DNA from: Octopus bimaculoides
Lineage: Eukaryota
Direction: 5' to 3'
Length of the DNA: 64,000 bases
Assembly (NCBI RefSeq): GCF_001194135.2
Contig: NC_068988.1
Coordinates: forward strand, 40,168,827-40,232,826
Shown here: positions 14,074-26,788 of the stretch, piece after piece
Position numbering within the stretch: the first letter of the stretch is position 1
How the letters are laid out: every line of letters starts with the position of its first letter
The notes under the pieces: model-generated
Database searches by the model: none
Seen by the model: only the letters and a program-made list of their open reading frames with translations
What the model was told of the DNA's origin: nothing
Position numbers and translations under genes: made by a program

Positions 14074-16482
14074 NNNNNNNNNNNNNNNNNNNNNNNNNNN
14101 NNNNNNNNNNNNNNNNNNNNNNNNNNNNNNNNNNNNNNNNNNNNNNNNNNNNNNNNNNNNNNNNNNNNNNNNNNNNNNNNNNNNNNNNNNNNNNNNNNNN
14201 NNNNNNNNNNNNNNNNNNNNNNNNNNNNNNNNNNNNNNNNNNNNNNNNNNNNNNNNNNNNNNNNNNNNNNNNNNNNNNNNNNNNNNNNNNNNNNNNNNNN
14301 NNNNNNNNNNNNNNNNNNNNNNNNNNNNNNNNNNNNNNNNNNNNNNNNNNNNNNNNNNNNNNNNNNNNNNNNNNNNNNNNNNNNNNNNNNNNNNNNNNNN
14401 NNNNNNNNNNNNNNNNNNNNNNNNNNNNNNNNNNNNNNNNNNNNNNNNNNNNNNNNNNNNNNNNNNNNNNNNNNNNNNNNNNNNNNNNNNNNNNNNNNNN
14501 NNNNNNNNNNNNNNNNNNNNNNNNNNNNNNNNNNNNNNNNNNNNNNNNNNNNNNNNNNNNNNNNNNNNNNNNNNNNNNNNNNNNNNNNNNNNNNNNNNNN
14601 NNNNNNNNNNNNNNNNNNNNNNNNNNNNNNNNNNNNNNNNNNNNNNNNNNNNNNNNNNNNNNNNNNNNNNNNNNNNNNNNNNNNNNNNNNNNNNNNNNNN
14701 NNNNNNNNNNNNNNNNNNNNNNNNNNNNNNNNNNNNNNNNNNNNNNNNNNNNNNNNNNNNNNNNNNNNNNNNNNNNNNNNNNNNNNNNNNNNNNNNNNNN
14801 NNNNNNNNNNNNNNNNNNNNNNNNNNNNNNNNNNNNNNNNNNNNNNNNNNNNNNNNNNNNNNNNNNNNNNNNNNNNNNNNNNNNNNNNNNNNNNNNNNTA
14901 TGCATACACACACACATGCTTGGCAAATACAAAGCTCAAATTATTGATTGACGAAGAATACCCTATGTTAGCAAGTGTAATATCCCTCCTCTTTAAACTT
15001 AATGCAATCTAATCCTTCTTTAACAGGTCTCAGCCTATCAATATTATTTTTCCATATGCTTTCTCTTGCATAATTTATTTTCTACAGTATATATGTTTAT
15101 ATTTACAATTATTTTCTTATGAATATTTTACATGGGGACAACTGTAGCAAAGCCCCATTCGCTAAGCAAACGGACAAACGACGAGATGACTGCTTGAACT
15201 CAATATCTTTAGCGAGACACCACCTTATGTATGAATGTACCTGACGTAACCCAGACTGAAAAGTTGATGGAGAATGCACAAAAGAATGTACAACATCGTA
15301 TCCATAAATGACAGTTGCAGGATGGGTCTAGACGATCGTCGCATGGAAGACTAATACCCAATCCATCTGTTTCCTTAATTGATCTTATATATATATATAT
15401 ATATATACATTCTTAGTGACATTTCCTCTGTTTTTATGTTCTGAGCTCACATTGCGCCGAGGCAGATTTTGCCTTTCATCCTTTCGGAGTCAATAAAATA
15501 AGTACCAGTTGACCACTAGGATCAACGTAATCGGCTAACCTCCTCTTCCGATATAGCTAACCTTTTGCCAAAATTTGAAACCGATATTACGGTTTTAATC
15601 TGCTCTTCATGTCTCCATACAGGCAAGCTTACAAAGTAGGTTTTCAGTTCCTAGGGGTTAGAGGTTGTCTGGCTAATTTTTTTTCGGATTCAGTAGGACT
15701 GTTTCTAAAACGGTATATTTTGCTATGAGTTGCTATTGTACTTTCTGTTAAACAAATATTTGCATAAGAATGCTTTATATTTGTTAGGAGCAGAACAGAC
15801 ATATTTACACATGTTAATCGATTTAGTCAAATGTAACAGGTTGATATAAAGTTATTATAATTTCTTTTCCATATATCTTTTTTTAAATTTTTCTCCCTTT
15901 CATATTTCCTCTTACTCTTTGTTTTCTTTTTGCCTTCCGCTTTTACGCTACTGCTAACACCGCCTCTATCCGGCTGGCCAGGTGCCAGTGTAGGACTGTC
16001 CGTGCAATGATCTTCCCTGCGTAATGCGCATAAATTTCATAAAACAGGTTTCACAGCCTCTGAGAGACAACATCTTTCCAAAGCTTTTCAGCTGGATGGT
16101 AATTGCGCAGCATTATAATCTTCATGGAGATGTAGAATCTGAGAGAAAAAAAGATACTCTGCTTCACTACTTCCTCCCTCATATCTAAGAATTCCGTACC
16201 GATGATGTTAGGCAATAACATTTTTTTAGTGAGTGAATCTGAAATGATTATTTTAACTTCAATGCGGCATATGATTACCAAAATATCAAGTAAAAATAAA
16301 AGGAAAACTTACCTTATGGAGAAAGAGTATCTATTTACAAACACAGCACTTAATTTTAAAGGACATTCATATGTAACACAAGTGTTTCATGAATACTTTC
16401 TTTATTTGTACAATTATATGTGACTCTACACTTCAATGTTTATATGTGTATGTGTATGTGTGTGTACGATGTACGAATGCTC

Positions 16483-16544
<62 letters not shown>

Positions 16545-16586
16545 ATATGTGTATATATATTATTATTATCATTAATATTATTATTA

Positions 16587-16668
<82 letters not shown>

Positions 16669-17012
16669 GCATGTACTTGAAGTTATTTAATATATTTTAT
16701 AGTGTTTTATAATATTTTTTTAGATGTTGAACATCGCCCATATTGGCAAGTGAATTTGAACAAGGTGCGGCAAATACGTAAAGTTATTCTAATAAGCAAA
16801 GACACTCTCACATGTACGTATGCCTTTTGATGTATTATCAACAATGCCGTCAGCGACATCATAAATAACATTATCACCACCATCCTCTATCATCATCGCT
16901 TCCATCTTCATCTTCTGAATCATTTCCCCATCATAATTATCATCAACAGTAAGAACAATAGCAATTTTAACATCATCATCATCAGCAGCAGCAGCAGCAG
17001 CAGTATCACCAC

Positions 17013-17063
<51 letters not shown>

Positions 17064-17064
17064 T

Positions 17065-17118
<54 letters not shown>

Positions 17119-20100
17119 GGCAGCAGTAGCAACAAAAGCGGCAAATATCATTCCATGTAATGGAATGATATTCAGAGAAATAATGGGACTTAGTAGATCA
17201 AATCAAAGTCCTGAAACACTGCAGCATATCCGTAGTCGATGCTCGAAACCAATATAAGAAAATATGATAAATAAATAGACAGAACGCTTCAGTGAGACTG
17301 TTTTGTAAGAGTAGATTACCAAAATAAGAAAATACTTATTCAAATTACTGAAATCGATTCAGCTTTGCTTACTGCTTTCCCAAAGGTGAAATATTGGTAG
17401 ATTGCTATGGCTTCAGACAAAATACGCTGTTGTAGTTTTCGTTGTGGTTCTTAAATTGTTGATGTTTAAATATTATTGTCCCAAGTTTCATGATTTCGGA
17501 TATCAATAACTTAAGTACTGATTAACGTCTCGGATACAACTAATGAAAGTATGTTGGTTCGTAAAAATTCGTGGTCTTGCGTCTATGCCACAAATTATTC
17601 CTTTAAAAAGAAAAAAAAAACGCTGAGCTGTTAGTTAGATAAGCGCAGAGCTCTTAGATAAGTGTCTGAAGTTCATTCACACCAATTTAGGTTTTACGTT
17701 CAAATTTCGCCTGTTCTGAAATTAGCTGTTATCCTTTTAAGACAGGACGAAATATGTACCTATTCTTTAGTTGGTCAATTAAAATAGAAAACGCGATACA
17801 AGAAGCATCATCTGTTGTTTTTATACTATAGATTACATTGATCAATGTATCTTTATTTAAGACATTTGGAGATGATATAAGGCTAGCTTTGTATGTACTA
17901 ATGTAAGTTTTGACGATTACACGTACGTCATCTTATATACCATTTAAATTTGGTGATTGATTTATTTATAAATCCACACCAAATTAAGTTGAATTTTTCC
18001 TATATAATGTATTAATTGCTCGAATATATATTTCAAGTCTTTAACCTCAAGCATTTGGAGTGAATATTTTAGTTACGCATTTTTCGGATGTGACAACAAC
18101 TCGATTCTATGGTCAAGTAGTTTGATGCATTTGCTTTGTTGCTTTTGTACTTACATAAATATAGAATTTAGAAGAAATGTGAGAAACATTTTTCAGTGAA
18201 CTGTTTTTACGTTACGGGAACTGAGTAAAGATTCTACTCGATGACAAACGGCAGGTTCATTGTTCCATTACAATATTAATTCATGTACAGAAAAATAATT
18301 TCATATAAAAGAACAATGAATTTAAGTGCGTACTTAAACTTAGAGACCAATGTGACAACTACTGACTCAGTTCTAATGGAAGGTACACCACAATTGGATA
18401 TGTTTCGCATTATATCATTTACTTTTGACGAAGTAAAAGACAGGATATTCTAAATAATGGATACAGATATGTATGGGTGAAGTGAAGCTGTGTGATTAAG
18501 AAGTCTGATATGCTATCAGCTGGTTTAGGGTTCGATTACAAAAATGCAGAAAGACGAAACTCTTCATTGTAAAACTTGAAAATGTTATCTACTCGGAATG
18601 TAGGGGATATGAAGGGGATCAATAAACTAGTTAGAAACATCCTACTTATTTATCTCTCAAGTAGACCATCCTATCAACATGAAAAAAGGATTAGTATATT
18701 TACAGTTAGACACACTAACGAAAAATAGTAGAGTACTGGCGCTTAAGATGAATTTAAGAACTGTTATTTTTTTTAAAAAGCAACAACAAAACAGAACAAT
18801 AGTAAAACAATCATTTTATTGCTGGAAAAAAATTACTATAATATTCAGCGATGTCACTTCAAAGTCCTTTACATAAATTTTTACTGGAATGGGAATAATA
18901 TACTGTTGTACACAGGTAAAATTTGAAATAAAATATAAAGGGATGTGTGTGGGGGGATGGGGGTAAATGTGAACGATAGAGTTATAATTTGCTTTAAGAA
19001 GAAAAAAAACAGGTTGTTGTCGAGGATATCAATGTGATCATTATGGTAGACTTCTGTTGAAGGATCTATTTCATTTAGACTAGGCCATTACTCGGCAGCA
19101 TAACGACATGTAGACACTAATATATAATAAGGACACATAATGCCGTAGGCATATGTAATAAAATAAGTTTGTATGAATCAATTAGGCAGTTCTCCTTCAC
19201 AGAAGGTAAATACATTAAGAGCACGTGTTTACCTGCATTTCTCCCTATATATAAATATAAGAGCAGATACCCAGGAGTAACCGGAAACCTTCTCTGTGGA
19301 ACAAATCCGTTGTAGTTCAGACTTCCGCCATTAGAAGCCATTTGATGTGACCCTCAGACATCAGTCTGATGACCGGCGTTGTCGAGTATGTTCTACTGCC
19401 ACGTGGTGCGTCTTTGTTTTTCAGTGCTTCTCTCTTGTTCGTCGATTTCTTCGATGGCTGAAACAAAGGAATAGCATGCTTCCATGAAATTTTGTTTTCT
19501 ACTGGAGAAAACGGCGGCCGAACCAGTTGTCATGCTTCAAACAGCTTACAAGATACTGCCATGAACAAAACACAAGTTTACAAGTTGTTTTCATGCTTTA
19601 AGAATGGTCAATTGTCGCTTTAAGAACAACCTCGCTCTGGACGACCGTCGACTTCCTGAACGAGTGAAAGCATCATGAAAATTCATGAACTGAACTTGGA
19701 AAGCCATCAAGGGATAATGACGATCTTTTGATATAGCTAGTGTGTCCTGGAGCCCCTGCTAACAAATTTTGAGCTAGGAATTGCGAATGAAAAGAGTTGC
19801 AACAAAATATGTGCGACACTTGCACACGGAAGATTAAAAGCATTAACAACTGAATGCGTGTCGTTAACTGAGAGAACAGTTGGAAGTTGATCCGAATCTT
19901 TTTTCGAATGTCATCACTGGTGACGAAAGCTGATGCTACACAATTTGCTGATGGGGAAGAAGTGAGGATAAAAACGATAAAGGCATTACTTTGCAAGAGC
20001 TCCAACGCCTGAACTGATGCATTGCTTCAAATGGAGAATACTTTAAAGGCGATAAAAGTGCAAACATGTAAACAAAGTGAATAAAATACTATTGCAAATT

Positions 20101-22848
20101 CCATTTTCTTTTGGGTAACCACTCGTTCATATGTATGTGCGTGTGTGTGTATGTGTGTGTGTGCGCGCGCGCATGCGTGCACGTTTAGCATATTTATAAA
20201 TATATACGCGGGAATAAGCTCTGCTAATAACGAACTATAGAAAACTATAACAACTAAGTAATCGTCTATTTCAGCTCCGCAACGATTCGACGTACATGTT
20301 GGAACCAGCCCGAACGTAACTGAAAACCAAGTTTGTAAGCGATATCACAGTGTTCCGTCAACTCCTCTTGCCACTATATTCTGTGAAGAAGATTTGAGTG
20401 GAAGGTAACAAGACTTACTGTTTTACTGGTTAGTTTGATATAAAGTGAAGAAAATGAAACCTCACTTTTGTGTCTAATCACAAGAATTATTTTACTCTAT
20501 AGGCTGATTTTACTTTTTTAGTGAATGCGTTTCTGTCATTTAGTCAAAGATTATGTCTATTTTTGCTACAATTTCTGATAATCCATAAAATTCAAAAGGT
20601 GTTAGATCAATCTCTGTATTTTATTTGTGCTTATTTTAGTAACTGCTGAATGATGAAAGAAAGAACAAGGTTTCGTTGCAGACCGAATGTATAACGTAAA
20701 AGTTCGTAACTGTACATTCGTCGTCTGAGGCTCTACTGATTATCTCCATTCATTTCCTCTAGTATTCAACATAAGCAACGTGACCATCCTTTTGTTGGGA
20801 GAATTATGCTAGTGTTTCTAGTACATTTGAAACACCATGGAATGATGAAAGGAAAAATCTACCTCAGTAGTATTTGAACTCTGATTATAGAGGCATTTAC
20901 TTAAATCCTGCATGTCATTGTACCACTCTCATATTATAAGCTCAAAATTAGCGTGATAGATCATTTTGTGTTCTCTTATTTGTGTAAATTAGAATTGCTT
21001 CTTATACTTGAAAAGTATAAGCACCAGAGCATTGGTGGGAATTTTGGGTGAATGTTATAATTCATGTCATTGCATTTGTCATTGTTGATACGAACTAAAA
21101 ACAAAAGTGTAATTAAGATCCTAACATCTTTCTCCAGTACCCATCTTATTCACGAAGATACGAAGCTACTCCAAATATTTTGTTATATACTTTCATTCAA
21201 AAGTCTTATCACTTTTATTATGTCACAGATATACATGCGAAGCAATTTCTTTCTGCCCAAATTACAATTCTGCTAAACACCTTCCACTCATGCACATCTA
21301 TCAATCTTCAACCATGCAACCATGTGCAACGGGAAGCTTGTATACGGCAGCACAACGTTAGCAATAACAGCCTCCTCCCAGTTCAAAACATTGAAGTAAA
21401 ACGAAATTGCACACTACCGTCTAAAAGTAAGCTATAGACGCATTGGAATATGTAGTGCTACCTGCACTACGCTTGGAGAAAATACAGCATGGTTGCGGTT
21501 GGAAAACGTTTCATCCGAGGTTTACATAATCATAATTGATCTGGGATTAAATATCAACAGCAATGCGCATGTCACAAATCAATGTAAATTTATTAGAAAA
21601 ATTATGGATATGAATGCTAGGATTTTACTTTTTTGAGCGAGGGTATTGATCTAGGGATTAAAACAATAGAGATATTTAAATGGACGAGATATATTGTCTC
21701 AGTTTTCGGAGACGAAGACATTTTTTCATTAACAGTTTAAACTATGTAGGAATAAATCGATTATGGACAATTGACTGCAGCAGCTGACAAATGAAAATTT
21801 GATATTTTGCAAAAACTAGGCATCTTATTTGAGCCACTGACTTCATTGAATATATGGTGTTACGTATAGATATTCTTTGTTTCTTAATTTATTTTCAGTT
21901 AGCGAACGATAATATTCAGATGTCTCATTTCTGGACTATAGTAAATCAATGCAGTACTTACATTAAAAGCAAAAATGAGATCTATTAACTTGCTAAAAAC
22001 GGAATTGCCCCCCAGGTGTAAGATTTTAATCAGTGAAAAAGTATAGAGCTTCTTAAGTCAATAGAGGAACTATATTGCGTCTCATTCGCTGCTGTAATAC
22101 ATACCATCGATTCTAAGAAAGAAGAAAGTAACAAAAATATTTTCCGTTGAGAATCAAAAATATTGCTGGTACAGCTTCTATTCTAATGCAGTAAATACTT
22201 CAAAATGTTTCAATTCTTCATTGCAAGCCGTGTCATTTGAAGCACACACCTGCTTTTGTTATCAAATGTGTTGCTAATCTTTCTTTGCAACAAATAGTGT
22301 GTTTAGTTCCTCAGTGGTTTTATGAGGACTCAACAGAAACTAGTACCCAGGCAACCTTTTTTGCCTATAGAAATCAGCATGTTGCCTTGTTGTTTGAGTA
22401 GCTGTCCATTTACTCTTTGTACATTATCGATGTTGAAAGAAGCAAGCACATAATTTAATCATCCATATGTCTACCTATAATCTCAACTGTTTAAATAAAA
22501 TTGCACGTTCAGCCTAAATGAGAAACAACATTACCTAATCGCTTTTTTTCAGTAAACAGTAAATTAATCTCAACAGACAATAACAATATCTAACTTCATA
22601 CAATTGAATATATATACACTACTTTGCTATAAGCTTTATGTAAACCTTTTTATTACATTTCAATATATGTCGGTTATTGTTCATTGAATTTCAGCTCCAA
22701 ATGCTACCACCTCTGGAAATACACCTGCTGTTTTAGATATACCTACATGCAAGCGAACATACATAAATATATACACAATACATTCATATATGTATGTGTT
22801 AGTGTGCGTGTGTCTCTGTTATTGTATGTGTGTGGTGTGTGTGTGTGT

Positions 22849-22893
<45 letters not shown>

Positions 22894-23014
22894 ATGTGTT
22901 TGTGTATTTGTATANNNNNNNNNNNNNNNNNNNNNNNNNNNNNNNNNNNNNNNNNNNNNNNNNNNNNNNNNNNNNNNNNNNNNNNNNNNNNNNNNNNNNN
23001 NNNNNNNNNNNNNN

Positions 23015-23045
<31 letters not shown>

Positions 23046-26000
23046 ATCAAGTGTAAGATTCATTCCAATCTACGTATTTTAACGCTCAGAACGCCGGGAA
23101 ACAGTCGAGTTCCACATGTATCTAGGCGTATATACATATATATAAAATATACGCGCATATATAGGAATACGCACACACATACACACACACAACACACATA
23201 CAACACACACAACACACATACAACACACACAACACACACACGCACATACACATACATAGTCACGTAAATTCACAATCCAATGAAAGTCACATATCCAACA
23301 TAGGGATGGTTCTAGCTATGGTGTTTGTATAAAAGCACAGAAATGTATTTTAAAGGTTCGCAACAGCTGTTTCAGCAGCATTTCTTTCATTGACAAATAG
23401 ATCGATTAAATCGATTACATCATGAAAGAAATATGCTTTCATCGGCTGAGTTTAAACTAAGGCAGGAGAAGTAGAGGATTCTGAGCGACCCGCTTTGTTA
23501 GCTATCGTTCAAGCGATTGGCACTGTTGAACGATGGTTAACTAAGCCGTTTTTACCTTATCTTAGTTTAAACTCACCCGATGAAAGCGAATTTCTTTTCA
23601 TAATGCGATCGATATAATCGATTTATTCATCAATTAAAAAATGATAAAACAGATATTGTGAACATTTAAAATCCATTTGTGATCAGAAATATATATATAT
23701 ATAAGGAGGCTAGTTTTTGTTGGATACTCTACAAGACGAAGACAAAAGCGGTCTAAGGGCGGATGATCTCTGTTGATGAAATTACGGTCATCCAATCTAA
23801 ATGCTTACGCTACTACGTATATATCATCATCATCATCCTAGTCATTGTTTAACGTTCTCCGTCCATGCTGGCAAGAGTTGGACGGTTTGACAGGAGATGG
23901 CCAGACAGGAGCCTGTACCATACTTCTGTGTCATTTTTTCTGCATGCCCTTCCTATCACCAACTACTTCGCAGAGCGGGCTGAATACTTTTTACGTGACA
24001 CTAGAAAATGCGAGGTCAGTCATAGCATGGCTTTTACAGCTGGATGCCTATCAAATTGCCAACTATTTTACAGCGCAGACTTGATGCTTTTTAAGTGGCA
24101 CCTGCACTGGCAGGGTCACCAGATAACCTTGCTAGACAAGGATTCTTTGAAAGGAGAAGTGGCATTGGAGGAGGTCGTCTTGTACCAGATGATGAAAGGC
24201 TACAGTATGAGAGAGAGAAAGAAACAGGTGTCTTGTTGTAGAGGAGATACATGGTTACCCAGCCAGAGTGAGAGAGAGAGAGAGAAAAAGAGAGTATGAA
24301 AGAGAAAAGGAGAGTGGGAAAGAGAGAAACAGAGAAACAGAGGGGAGAAAGAGAAAGAGTGTCAACAGGAAAGAGGCCAGAAACAGGTGTGGTACGGTAA
24401 AGGAGATACGTAATTACCTAGCCGGAGAGAAGAGCAAAAGACGGAGTGAGAGAGAGTGATCAAATGATCAACTATATATATATATATATAAAGTATATAT
24501 ATAAAGTATATATATTCCCATCTAACATCAAGATGATAGCATGAAACAACGGAATTTGCCAAGGAATTTACCACGGGAAATTTCATTAGAATACAGGTAA
24601 AGAAAGAGAAAGAAAATGAAACTTTGAATTAATCTAGTTTGAGAATGTCTTATTCTTTTGGAAAGAACTGTATTAATTAACGGTGAATTAATTATTGTAT
24701 CATACCAACTGTTAAAGTATGTCTGGAGGATACAGGTATGTTTTTTAACGAATATTTCCGCAAATTGTAACTAGGAAATTCGAAGACATAGTAGACGGCA
24801 TCCTATGTGAATTAATCAATAAAGCACAAAATTTCCTCTGATTCTCTTTGACCCTTGATGTATCAACTGATGTGCCTAGCTCTTTCGTATTATTACTGAT
24901 CATTTCAAGAATTAATGCGAATACTGAAGTGACGGAAGACCTAGCTTCACCGAGTAATATGCATGGAATAACTATACATGAAAATAGTTACGAAATGGAT
25001 AAAAGAACTAAATGCTGCCTGTTTTAGAACCATTGAAAGGAACAGAATATTATAACAGTTGTCGGAGAATATGTGTCGTAAGAAAAGAATTTGTTGAACA
25101 AGTTACTACAGTATTAACACTGTAATGTAGAAAACCTAGAGTAGATTATTAATGCGTTAGTTATACCCTGTTTTACTATATCATATTGTATATTGTATTG
25201 TAAAATATGTGTAACGATATTTAGCAAATACTATGTATAAACTAAGATATGAATATCTTTTCCGTCTTGTTTCAATTACTAGACTGCAACTAACCTAGTA
25301 GACAGAAGTTGCTTGGAAGCCCTTCCTAGAAGGATTTTAGTTGAGCAAATCAACTCCAATCCTTATATTTTTACGCCTGGAATATATTCTACGAAGGGCT
25401 TCCACACAACTTCTATCTACCAAATTCACTCACAAAGCATTAGTCGATCCGGGTGTATAGTAGACAGTACTTGTCCAAGATGCCGCGCAGAGGAACTGTA
25501 ACCAAAACCACGTATCTGCAAACAGAGCTTGTTAATTACATAGTCATGCTTACATGTATATCATATGTCAATAAAATATTTTGATGAATAGAAAACCAGG
25601 GGACAACTAAACTAGTATGAAACTGGTGCTGTCATTCCATAAGCGATGGAGTACTCTCTCCAACTATTCACAGAAATATTGCGTGTTACCTCAACGTTAA
25701 TAAAGGCTGGAATAAAATCGATAGAACAATTTGCATACAGAATATGTTTTTAGCAGCCAGCTCAAGAAGAAACTTACTAGTGGTAACACTTTTTTTCGGA
25801 GATATAATGTACTATATCGATAGGTTTTTACCCGACAATAAATGTAATAGAATTACTCCTTAGTGGATAATGTCTTTTTCGCTCAACAGCAATTGGAACC
25901 GAACTGATTGTGGTGAAGATTGGATACTTTGAGAGGTATTACGCTCTAAGTGGAGCTTCGAAGTGTTTCAATTATTTACAGGCGCTGGGTGTTAGATTTG

Positions 26001-26694
26001 AAATGTCAGAGAGGTACGCGCTTCAGAAAGCGAAAGCTTGTGCATCACACGGCGTGCGTATCTGAAGCAATTGGAGAGATAAATAAATAAGTTCGATATT
26101 TTAAGAAAAAAGTGTTTCAACTGCCCTGCAACACCTAAAAATATTCACAATCTGGTCCTGTCCACAAATATTTGCAGCTGCCTCATCGACAAAGCGTAAA
26201 ATATGTGTGCTGGATTTTAAGTTCTCTTCAATATATGTGTGTTTGTGTGTATCTGTGTGTGTTCGCATGTGCGCTCGTGTGTATGTTGCGTTTATGTGTT
26301 TGTGTGTGTATGTGCATGCGTGCACACACAGAGATTTACATAGACGCCTTCATATATATGTATTTTGTGTATTTTTACATAATGTTCAGATCTTACTACA
26401 GGCACAAGTTAGAACACTTGTATATTTTATGTATGTTTTAAAAGATGCATGGTAATAACAAGATCGATAGCTAAAACAACTTTTTGCAGATATCTTGATT
26501 CACGAATCAGGATTAACCTTATTTTAGAACACATAAACTTATTCTATTCATGCATTTCTTATTAACTCATTTTGTCAACGCATGCCATGTTTTATTTTAT
26601 CGGATTCTATGGTTTTATAAATATATATTTATGTATATGTGTGTGTGGGTGTGTTTTGTATTTGTGTAAGCGCTTATATTCATACATCCCTACT

Positions 26695-26740
<46 letters not shown>

Positions 26741-26750
26741 NNNNNNNNNN

Positions 26751-26788
<38 letters not shown>

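Noticed and set aside
13899-15012. 300-440 aa ORFs here and at 29971-31305 and 45142-46198
   Set aside because: They are open only because they cross N gaps.
16051-16423. ORFs at 16051-16281 (-) and 16202-16423 (+), with a faint piggyBac-like FPKLFSWM stretch
   Set aside because: No convincing motif chain or splice-consistent exon.
21229-21370. Alternative terminal exon for the lectin (IYMRSNFFLPKLQFC*)
   Set aside because: The resemblance is in the wrong phase for exon C; 26909-26993 gives the canonical GRYV...LCEV in phase.
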